Shown here: in pieces, positions 23,351-33,000 of the stretch
Numbering within the stretch: the first letter of the stretch is position 1
How the letters are laid out: each line of letters opens with the position of its first letter
DNA from: Glycera tridactyla
Taxonomy: Eukaryota
DNA length: 33,000 nucleotides
Reading direction: 5' to 3'
Assembly (NCBI GenBank): GCA_965644265.1
Contig: OZ286477.1
Coordinates: forward strand, 35,650,001-35,683,000
The notes under the pieces: model-generated
The model's database searches: none
What the model was told of the DNA's origin: nothing
The model's input: only the letters and a program-made list of their open reading frames with translations
Made by a program: the position numbers and the translations under genes

Positions 23351-23514
23351 TTTCATCACATGTTCAACTGTTGTCAGCATTCACCCTCATAACTAACTAT
23401 ATGATCATTTTTATAGTTTGCCACCAGGTGTTAATCAACTGGAAATGGCTGCTCCATGGATGGCCGTGGAAGGCAGATGTGAGAGTAACAAGTGAAAGGC
23501 CATATGCTCAAGAG

Positions 23515-24044
23515 GAATCCGCTGTGACTGCCTGAATCTCTCGGGTTGATTGATGGCATTCCTGCTTGATTGTGTCCTGTAGAATCTTAAATTATACAGT
23601 GACCATCCTTTACGTAACGTGAATCCGCTGTGACTGGCTGGATCTCTCGGGTTGATTGATGGCATTCCTGCTTGATTGTGTCCTGTAGAATCATATATTA
23701 TACAGTGACCATCCTTTACGTAACGCGAATCCGCTGTGACCGGCTGAATCTCTCGGGTTGATTGATGGCATTCCTGCTTGATTGTGTCCTGTAGAATCAT
23801 ATATTATACAGTGACCATCCTTTACGTAACGCGAATCCGCTGTGACTGGCTGAATCTATCGGGTTTATTGATGGCATTTCTGCTTGATTGTGTCCTGTAG
23901 AATCATATACTATACAGTGACCATCCTTTGCGTAACGCGAATCCGCTGTGACTGGCTGAATCTCTCGGGTTGATTGATGGCATTCCTGCTCGATTGTGTC
24001 CAGTAGAATCATATATTATACAGTGACCATCCTTCACGTAACGC
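23515..24044. repeat. 106-bp tandem repeat, 5 near-identical copies
   Basis: GAATCCGCTGTGAC..AATCTCTCGGGTTGATTGATGGCATTCCTGCTTGATTGTGTCCTGTAGAATC..ATTATACAGTGACCATCCTTTACGTAACG. starts at 23515, 23621, 23727, 23833 and 23939. Confidence 0.97.
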
Positions 24045-24208
24045 AGCTAGACAGTCATGACACAGGATAGAAGGAAAATGAAACGTCTGGCCTGTAGAGA
24101 AAACACCGCTTCCTCCCTCTGTCAACCAAGGCATCATTACAGATTCATTATTCCATGCAATACCCTGCTCTCCTCCAACCATCTGGCATGCTTCGTCCGC
24201 TATTGCTT

Positions 24209-24315
24209 ATGTAGTAACTGTCAAAATTGTTGTATTGCGAAAGCATTGGCCAATAAATCGATTGTCGTTCAAGTTGATGAATACCCTCAGTGAAAACTGC
24301 CCCTGTCCCTCCTTC
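24209..24315. repeat. ~105-bp dispersed repeat, second copy at 26772-26880
   Basis: ATGTAGTAACTGTCAAAATTGTTGTATTGCGAAAGCATTGGCC is identical in both places and similarity continues for ~60 bp. Confidence 0.85.
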
Positions 24316-24668
24316 ATTTTCTGCATTTCACAAGCCATCTACACACGCTTGAACTTCACAGAGAGTGTGGAAGGTCGCCCTGGGCTGAACCTCTTTCAGG
24401 CGGTGCCATTAGGGTCACCTGGTATTACAGCTATATGCGGATGTGCAAATACTTCTTTCACATCAATCCGTAGGTACAGATAGCGAGTCCATCTTTTGAG
24501 GGATTGATTGATTGATTGATTGAGCATTTTTGAGCCGTCCTTGGCACCACGTGGGTCATTCCGGACCCTTTTCAGGAGACGGGTAGATGCTAACATCCAT
24601 TGAAAGAATCAACCTCAGGGAGGATTCACTCCCTCTGCCTGTTCCTCATATGTTTGCTCCCCTTATGA

Positions 24669-24916
24669 CATGACTAAAAGGCTAATCTCGATACACTCTG
24701 TTATAAGCTTTGAAGAATTGGGAACTAAGGTGGACAAACTAGGAACTGGTCAGTCACTATTGGACCTGAGGTGTGGAGTTCCATTGCCTGGTACCACACA
24801 TCTCTCGAAAAACATGGATGAAAGGCTTATCTTAATCTACTCTATAATTAGCCTTGAAAAAATAGGGAACTGAGGTGTGCAAAGTAGAAACTGGTCAGTC
24901 CCTATCAGATCCGAAG
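24669..24916. repeat. Diverged direct repeat, ~100-bp units with ~143-bp period
   Basis: CATGACTAAAAGGCTAATCTCGATACACTCTGTTATAAGCTTTGAAGAATTGGGAACTAAGGTG..GAACTGGTCAGTCACTATT versus CATGGATGAAAGGCTTATCTTAATCTACTCTATAATTAGCCTTGAAAAAATAGGGAACTGAGGTG..AAACTGGTCAGTCCCTATC. Confidence 0.75.
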
Positions 24917-24929
24917 TCTAGAGTTTCAT

Positions 24930-25390
24930 TGCCTCCTGGATGATGGTTGTTGACAGTATATAATGACCTCCGAAATGCGTGCCACATGACTTCTGTTGAA
25001 ACATGCCAAGACACTGCAACTGCTCTGGTCTCATGTGCAGAAACATTTCCATCCCCACTGGATTCTCATATGCATCAATAACAGCATCTCTGATCCACTT
25101 GATATATTGTCCACCTAGATATCTGGACTGGAATCGCACGAGACGGCAGAAGGGGTCTTCTGCGGTTCGGTTGGGAAGTGGCAAGCCTTTTCAGATATAT
25201 TCTCAGTAGACTAACTGGGCAGAGCAGCACTGGATGAGATGGAAAGGTTTCCACATCCAGGCTGGATCACAGATAATGACCAATTGTATGACTATAAATG
25301 AGAGCCAAACGGCCATCACTCCACTCAAAGTTTTCCAGTCGGCGGGAATTCTGTTCAAATTGCAACAGGTGTGCAAACTCCTAGATCAAA
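24930..25390 (-). mobile_element. DIRS-type tyrosine recombinase (phage-integrase family) C-terminal fragment, frameshifted
   Basis: LLCPVSLLRIYLKR (~25226-25185), ISRWTI.KWIRDAVIDAY, VSAHETRAVAVSW (~25046-25005) and THFGGHYIL (~24980-24953) match the DIRS1-like consensus LCPVRALRIYL..TISRWI..I..AY..AHSTRAVATSWA..TF..HY, including the catalytic HxxR and Tyr. Confidence 0.82.
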
Positions 25391-26077
25391 TGTTGCAGTG
25401 AATTAGTGACTATTATACTCCAAGTTTCAAATCATTGTTCATTTATTATATATATATATAATTGCATCGGAAAATTTCATTTTCTAATGAAAGTCTCTTT
25501 CACTAGTATCCGCAGCTTTTTGACCAACTTCCTGGTCTCTCTATTCTTTTCATTATTGTCATTCTTCCATGTAAGCTGGCAAAGTCTCGATCGTTATTTC
25601 TATGTTGGCTCCTCCAGCGATACAAATATCTGGTTGTCTGTGTTCCGATAAAATGCTGGATAGTCACTTTGTCATCACGAAATCATCATACAATGAATAC
25701 AGAATACAGAAAACTTTATTGTGTTGATTCAGGTGTACAAATTCAAACTGGACCCAAATGGGTCATATCATGCGCTAACACAAACGGATATGAAAGTGAT
25801 CAATATTCAACACAGTATTCAATATTTACCGTAGTATCTACATGTATGAATGGAAATCAAAAAGGGACAAAGGTGAGACATAACAATCGATGAGATGAAA
25901 ACAATAGTCTTTGATTCCTATGTACAGACAATGAGAGACGTATCATGAATTACTGACACGTATTGTTCAATGTTAATACTCAACGAGACAAGACTCAATA
26001 GTTGTACAGCAAAAAAGCGAGAGATCAAAATAGTATATGGCAGTAACAACAACAGGTCACTGAACAGTAACGACAGG

Positions 26078-27608
26078 CCATCATATCATGGTATCAAATG
26101 AACTGGTGACACAGGCACTTTAGCAGCTACCTGAGTTGCCTTCTGAGGGGACTAATTGTGGGCAGCTGCCGATATAAGATGAAGAGGAGTTCCGAAGGCG
26201 ATACCTCTAACTCTCAGGTTACCATCAGCAAAATGCAACCTTGTTGGTTGGATGCTCAAGGGATGCTGAATGTTTCATACCTTCAGACAATTGTACAGTG
26301 GGTTGGACAAGTTAGCGTGAAATGCGTATATATGGTCAGGATATTTCTCTTTACAATTCAACTCAATCTCCAATATTAGCAACATACAAATCCATTTTTG
26401 AGTGATCTCAGTCGTGCCTTTCATGAAATTGAGACGAAAATGGAACCTGATGTCTGTATAATACATGCTTCCATACAAAATGAACACAGATAACGAACGG
26501 TTGAAAGTCTACCGCCTGTGAAGTGCTGATAACCAATACAAGAAATGGATGCTTCTGTTCATCGTGCAGAATAACCAGCGCACTAGTTCAAATCAAATAT
26601 GAAATTGATATCGATTGAATTCCCTTCACGAAGATTAGTAATTATCTCCTCAAATTGCAACTCAGAACATCTGAGAGGTTGACTAACAGAACAAACATAA
26701 ACGTGGTGGAAACCTTGACAGGTTGTCTATCTTGTGTCCATCTGTCTGTCTGTCGTCTTGCACTATAGCTGATGTAGTAACTGTCAAAATTGTTGTATTG
26801 CGAAAGCATTGGCCGATAGACTGATTGTCGTTAAAGTTGATTGATACCCTCAGTCAAAAAATTCCCCAGTCTCTCCTTTCAATTACAATAGCCCATAATA
26901 TCATGGTATCAAAAAAAATGGTGACATAAGCACTTTGGAAGCTACCTGAGTTACCTTGTAAGGGGACTGATCGTGGGGCACCTGCGGATAGAGAATGAAC
27001 AGTACCTGCAACGGCGAGCACCTGTAAGCCTAAGGTTGTCATCAGCAAAATGTGACCTTGTCGGTGGGATGCTCATGAGATGCTGAATGTTTCATACCTT
27101 CAGACAATGGCACAGTGAATGTGACAAGTGGGCGTGAAATGGGTATATATGGTCTGGATAATTCCTCTTTACAATTCAACTCAATCTCAAATATCAGCAA
27201 CATACAAATTCATATCCGAGTGGTCCAGTCATGGTTTTCATGGAATTGAGACGAAAATGAATAGAACCCAATGTCAGTATGAAACATGCAACCGTACAAA
27301 AGAACCACAGATAACGAAAGGTCGTTGAATGGTGTTAATGACACGCCTGAATGATGAATTTTGAAAATCAAAGTCTACTGCCTGTGAAGTGCTGATAACC
27401 AATAATGGAACTGTGTGCATCTGTTCATCATGCAGATGCACTAGTGCACTGGTTCAAATTCAATATGAAATCGATATTGATTGAATCCCCTTCCCAAACA
27501 TGAGTAACTATCTTCTCTGATAGCTATTGACCGCCTCAAATTGCAACTTAGAACATCTGAGAGGTTGACTGACACTACAAAATGAAACGTGTTGGAAGCC
27601 TCGACAGG
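26078..27608 (-). pseudogene. Tandem pair of decayed paralogous segments (26078-26722 and 26893-27608) of an unidentified gene
   Basis: Direct duplication with an ~815-880-bp offset. Minus-frame peptides PYI.ISR.LV..TV.LSEGMKHSAS.EHPT.KV.F, FAD.NLR..G and VP..GNSGS..SA.VT..FDTMI.W differ at synonymous sites (gta/gtg, tcc/tct, cca/ccc, gtt/gtc, ctg/ctt, aga/agg, ggc/ggt, gcc/gct). Confidence 0.55.
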
Positions 27609-27665
27609 GCCTTTTGAGATGTTAGGACCATACTGGATCATCGTCCATCATCACCATCTGTTTAA

Positions 27666-27806
27666 CTGTGTGTCTGTGCGTCTGTGTGTGTGTGTCTGTC
27701 TGTTTGTGTGTCTGTCTGTGTGTCTGTGTGTGTGTGTCTGTCTGTCGGTCTGCATGTCTGTCTGTGTGTCGGTCTGTGTGTCTGTGTGTCTGTGTGTCTG
27801 TTTGTC
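27666..27806. repeat. Compound (TG)n/(TCTG)n microsatellite
   Basis: Visible directly; explains the spurious VC-rich and TQTH-rich ORFs. Confidence 0.95.
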
Positions 27807-28367
27807 TCACAATCTCCATTTTCGCTTCCAATGATGCATGCGAGACTCTATTTGTCAAATTCCTCAGAAAATTCAAAGCTAAAGCATGCTTTTCATGTGT
27901 GGTAATTTTGTTTCACAAAGCTATATGATCCTCAAAATCGAAAGGACATCACAACTTCTAGCATAGTGGGAAAGTTTCATGGTGAAATTTCCTTCGATCA
28001 TGCAGGCTCGAAACTGACATATATACATATGAGATTCAGTGAAATTAGTCACATTCGAATCATTAGATCACATCTTTACCAGACAAGGTCAGTATAAAAA
28101 CCAAACTATATTACTCACTGATTATTTAGGGGTATAATTTCGCATGTGTGTGCATAGCAACATAGCCCTTGAAGTCATGACAATAATGACTAAGCTGAAG
28201 AAAAAAAAATGGGATTTCGAGATAAGCAGTCACAGTGTGTAATGAAGGTGAATGCATCAGACAGGGGCCGAAACGATGTCATCAGTATCAACAGATAGAC
28301 ATGATCACTTCACATCAAGCTCACCCTGCTAGTATCTTATTCCCGTACTTGTTTTTGAATCGTATTA

Positions 28368-28533
28368 NNNNNNNNNNNNNNNNNNNNNNNNNNNNNNNNN
28401 NNNNNNNNNNNNNNNNNNNNNNNNNNNNNNNNNNNNNNNNNNNNNNNNNNNNNNNNNNNNNNNNNNNNNNNNNNNNNNNNNNNNNNNNNNNNNNNNNNNN
28501 NNNNNNNNNNNNNNNNNNNNNNNNNNNNNNNNN
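28368..28533. other. Assembly gap (N run)
   Basis: Ns in sequence. Confidence 1.
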
Positions 28534-28639
28534 ACTACCACCACCTCTTCAATCACCACCAGCACCACCACCAGTAATACCACGTATTCAACGATCTTCA
28601 ACACATTCGCCAACATTCTCATCATTACTTCTACACCAC

Positions 28640-28665
28640 TGCTACTGCTACTGCTACTACTACTA

Positions 28666-28697
<32 letters not shown>

Positions 28698-28712
28698 GAA
28701 ACTACTTCTACT
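28640..28712. repeat. (CTA)n microsatellite
   Basis: Visible directly. Confidence 0.95.
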
Positions 28713-28888
28713 ACTGTTCAATATTATGAAAAGAAAATGGGGAACAACAGCTACCATACATAATACATTACCTATGACTTGCCTATTATGAATTATGGTG
28801 GTGGGGTTTGGGGGTATGAAAATGAAATGTTCAATTGGTTGTAAATTGCTTGTCATGCTAATGAAATTACTGTTTTCCTGGTTTACTA

Positions 28889-28890
28889 TA

Positions 28891-28967
<77 letters not shown>

Positions 28968-29012
28968 TACTACTACTCATGAAAATAATACTACTACTAA
29001 TACTACTACTAC
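28889..29012. repeat. (CTA)n microsatellite
   Basis: Visible directly; source of the poly-Thr and poly-Ser ORFs. Confidence 0.95.
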
Positions 29013-29339
29013 CACTCTCTACCACAACAATGCGGATATTTCCAAAATTCCATCTTTCAAGAGGCAAAACAAGCAAAAGTTGATAAAAAAAAATTAGGTC
29101 TGGACATCACAGGGGCAAGTTTTTGTTGCGAAAACTGAACACGAGCAGAAAAACCTCTATACCCACCATTGCCAAGCTAGATGATATTATAAACAGTAAA
29201 GCAAAACAGCCGAACAATGTTGGATTCAAACCAAGATGAAGATGGAACCCTTTGAGGGGAAATCAAAACCCACTGTCTAATGCTAGAACCACAAACCCTA
29301 CCACTGGAGCCTAAAATGAAATAGTACGACAATCAGATA

Positions 29340-30770
29340 ATGATGAATTGAAATCGCAGGAAAATATACAAGAAAAGTCAAATTCATGGATAGATATTCC
29401 ATACAGAAATGAGCCCAATGCAAATTCGCTTGATGTAAGTAGCGCCGGCGGCGCAAATCAAGTCCATGACAGCGCGACCTTGGCAAATGGGCTAAACCTG
29501 GCGAATCCATTTGATACTCTCGGCAGCCTAGGAGAATCACACCGCCTATAGTGAAGTATGGCTCGGTTAATAAGCGCGATACGAAACAATGATAGATTGG
29601 CAGGATTTGAGAACCCCGTAAGAATGAATGTATATATGGATATGAAAGACGAAGGGTGGTTCATGCCTCAAATCTTGGTCTTATAATTTTGCCTATAATC
29701 TCAAATCGGGACTGACACCGTGGGATTTCCCCCACTTTAATGACGTCACAACTCCATAAAAGGAAATTAATCGCAGCAACCGATGAACAGTGTTTTATCA
29801 CTCATTGTCATAGACTCTTGAACATTTGTTGCTGCGCACGAACATATTACAATGCTACTATCAACTTCTGTAGGTGGACTGGACAGCATCATCGAGATTG
29901 GCGAAAAGTCGAGTCCAAATTCCGCCAAAAAGTTGTCCTATATACAGAAGATGTAAGCAGCTTGAAGGAATTGAACCCCCTGATGTGCTCATCACCGATC
30001 CTAGCCATGCTGTTCACCTTGGCTGCTATATCAAGAACCTATCTACATGTGATGCAATGGGAGAATTCATGTCGAAATGGAAATTTAGAGGCTTCAGTGG
30101 TAGCAAGTGTATCGAGATACAAGAACATTTACATGGTTGTTTTGGTGAAGACAAGCGTAAACATGATAAATATGGTAATACTATTCAAAGCCTCACATCT
30201 GATGGCTACAGGCCCAATTATGTGGTTATCATTCTCGGGAGCAATGACGTTGACCAGTTTAATGTCAAAATCAGAAATATCTCAAAACAGATTACCAACC
30301 CATTAACAAGAAATACAGAAATCCTTCGAGAAAAGAAAGCTCGCTTTGGAAAGATTAAAGCAAAGGTACTCAACCTGCCAAGACACTAAGAATACCTGTA
30401 TACTGAAGCACTGATCATAACAATACCTGTCCTTTGGCACCCAAGATGGTGCAACGAAGCAAGATCCCTAGCCCTATGGATAGATCATTTGCTCATGATG
30501 GAATTGAATAACAAGCACGTAGATTTAGGTATCCAGCACGAAGTCAAAATGCTACAAATAAACCAGATGTTTGTTCGCCCATATAAGTGCACCTCACTTG
30601 AACAAACTCGCAAACAAAATCGTAAACATGCCGCTAGATTTGGGGAACTGCTAAATGGCATGCTTGCATTTGATCAGGTTCATTTGAACAATTATGGCAT
30701 GCACATTCTCAGTAGACACCTGGTGGACTCAGTACTAGATCATTGGATTTCTGAATTTAAATCTAACTAA
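29340..30770 (+). pseudogene. LINE ORF1 with SGNH/GDSL esterase-like domain (disrupted)
   Basis: LANPFDTL (L.N.F..L motif typical before CR1-type ORF1 esterases), then FRGFSG (block II), YVVIILGSNDVD (block III) and FDQVHLNNYG..ILSRHL (block V, DxxH). Block I GDS is degenerate. Stops and frameshifts are present. Confidence 0.72.
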
Positions 30771-31761
30771 TCAAGTAGCTGGAACAAATCTCACTGCCAC
30801 AAGGTAAATGACACCTGGGGTTTGGGGGGTGGCTATGACGAACAGCATGATCTGTATGTATTGTATGGAGACTGGGATATGGATGCTAGACTGCACTATA
30901 TACTATCTGGATGTAAGCTCCTGATATGGTTTTCCTTTCGCTCTCGAGAACATGTTTCAGACAATGTAAGTGTCCAACAGATTGTGTGAAATGGCTACCC
31001 CATCTTTTTCCGGATTGTGTGGTCTGGTATGCTGCAATGGGTGATTACTTGGTGCTGGGGAACTCTGTCCTAGATTCGAGGTATATTTCACCTTAGTTAT
31101 CTGTCTTGTATATTTTTTTTTCTTGCATACTTAACTCCCAAAGTCACAGATGCTGGATGCTGATGTGTGTGACGATCTCCTTTGTCATTGGTCGTCTCCT
31201 GAAAATGGGGTCCGTCAATAGACAATAGGGTATTGCCCCATACATCACCATCCAATTAGCATCTGTAGCCTCTGGAAATTTTATCCTAAGCTATGACAAC
31301 TGTTAAAGATTACTCTATTTAATTACCTAAATTTTGTTCGACTATTGCCGGGATGGTGGCGTATATGACGGCCAATGCATACGCTGGTCCTCTCCATAAA
31401 ATGGGGTCTGCTAGAATAATTGAGAATGTCTGTCTTGTATGCTACCGTCGGGGTAAATGACCATTCAATAACCATCCAATCAAACCATTCAATAAGATCA
31501 GCATAAATTATGATCGCTTCGATTCCTTGGATCTGATGCAAGGGAGGTGGGGTAGGGCTTGGGGAGTGGAAGGGGTAGGGAAGGGGCTGGGGAGGGGAGA
31601 AATAAGAAGATCAAAGCTGTCCTTCACTCGATATACTGGACCCATTTACTCATATTATATCTGCTACTGTCCTATGGATGTAAAACTCTTTTCTTCTCAT
31701 TGACAATATTATATTCGTCACATACGTCAAACGTTAGAGTGCATCATCACTTTAATCTGCC

Positions 31762-33000
31762 ATGAACATTTGTATTAACTCATCTAAGGAACTAGCTGAT
31801 TTATCTGGTATCAAGTATGCATATCTGAATGTCTGCAGTATAGTCCCTAAAATCGAAGACAAAAGAGTTTTCTTATTTCGTAGTGAAATAGACTTGTTAA
31901 TCATTGGGGAGAGTTTCCTGAATACTTCTATATCCGACTATGAGATACAGATCGCTAATTATAATATGTACAGGTTTGAAAGGGATTTAGGACAGGGAAA
32001 ACGTGGGGGAGGCGGTCTACTTGCATATACTAGATTTGATAGAGATTTTGAATTTATCAATAATTGGTGACTTTGTACTGTAGATCTAGAATACGTGTGG
32101 CTAAAATTAAACCTCAAAGATACAAGACCAACATACATATGTGACTATTACCGTCCACCAGATGGAAATGTTATAAATGCCATTGATCCACTTGATAATA
32201 AGTACAAGGATGTTATACATTTAGGAAATCATGATGTATTTTTTCTAGGAGACACGAATATAGATTTGATATCTAAGAATAGACATCCTGAAAAATTGAG
32301 AAACTTTATGAAAGAAAATCAACTTACACAAGAAATATCAAATGCAACTCGTATCATGAGTAAATCGAAAACGTTAATAGATCATATTATCACACACAAC
32401 CGAGGACTGTATGCTCGGTCTGGTCAAAAAGATATTGGTGTCTCTGATCACTCCATGATATTCACGACTCGAAAGAAGGTCCGAACATCCAAAAGAAGTC
32501 ACTATATATATTTAAGAGATTATAAAAATGCAGACTTTGAGAAGATTGATGCCGAGTTTCAAATACTGAATGGGAATCCTTGAAAAATTTCGACGATATA
32601 GACTCTCTATTGAATGACTTCTATCTGAAACTTGGGCTGATCTTTGAATCACATATTCCTGTCAAAAGAGTGAAAGTTAGGGACGATGCACCAGCATGGA
32701 TGACTGGGGAGTATCATTGTATGGTTGACGAACATGAGAAGGTGAGCAAACAGAAAAGGCTGAATCCTACCCCAGAGATTTGCGTGAGGGAAAAGGAAAT
32801 CCAGAAAGAAACCAAAAATTTAAAATCCATCTACAGCGAAATTTTCTGAAAAGTAAGCTAAACGAAAGTCATAACGATCCTAAAACATTGTGGAAAACTA
32901 TGAGACAATTCTGGCCATCAAACAAGCAAAACTCATCGATTAATAAAATAAATTATAAAACTAATGATCTTGAAATGTCTGAAGAACTAAATCAATTTTT
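31762..33000 (+). pseudogene. LINE ORF2, apurinic/apyrimidinic endonuclease domain plus linker (CR1/L2 group), running off the window before the RT
   Basis: YLNVCSI, IDLLIIGESFLN, RFERD..GGGGLLAY, YYRPPD, FLGDTNID, ATRI..TLIDHII, VSDHSMI, then RDYKN and APAWMT. In-frame stop at 32068-32070 and frameshifts near 32575 and 32845. Confidence 0.93.

Larger units (their letters stand above)
29030..33000 (+). mobile_element. CR1/L2-group non-LTR retrotransposon, 5' part, defective
   Basis: Esterase ORF1 followed by APE-type ORF2 on the same strand. The 5' boundary is a guess (just after the CTA microsatellite). Confidence 0.75.

Noticed and set aside
16251-24044. CRISPR-like appearance of the 99-bp and 106-bp arrays
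   Set aside because: Units are repeated in full with no unique spacers, there are no cas genes, and the context is eukaryotic.
27589-29097. VC-rich, TQTH-rich, poly-Ser/Thr/Tyr ORFs and ORFs spanning N runs
   Set aside because: Translation artefacts of microsatellites and assembly gaps.

Overview
AT-rich, CpG-poor animal (probably invertebrate) genomic DNA with three N-gaps and no intact gene I can support. Recognisable mobile-element relics are a CR1/L2-type LINE (SGNH-esterase ORF1 plus APE endonuclease, ~29.3-33 kb, + strand), a DIRS-type tyrosine-recombinase fragment (~25 kb, -), a Helitron PIF1-helicase fragment (~17.6-17.9 kb, +), 99-bp and 106-bp minisatellites and several microsatellites. 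The main observation is hidden from the ORF track. Almost all of ~1.75-23.4 kb is a head-to-tail, minus-strand array of at least 7 decayed, deeply diverged paralogs of one large, apparently intron-poor gene. Its central region carries a superfamily-2 helicase-like motif series that best resembles RecQ (SP[IL], DECH..WG, LTAxA, YQA, CQLII..RRV..YNIP). The two closest copies differ mostly at synonymous sites yet share in-frame TGAs, and at other positions a TGA aligns with an Arg codon (CpG decay). A second decayed paralog pair on the same strand lies at 26.1-27.6 kb. The layout suggests the fossil of a large DNA virus or giant transposon with an expanded (pseudo)helicase family. All alignments were done by eye, unit boundaries are approximate, and the family assignment is inference.
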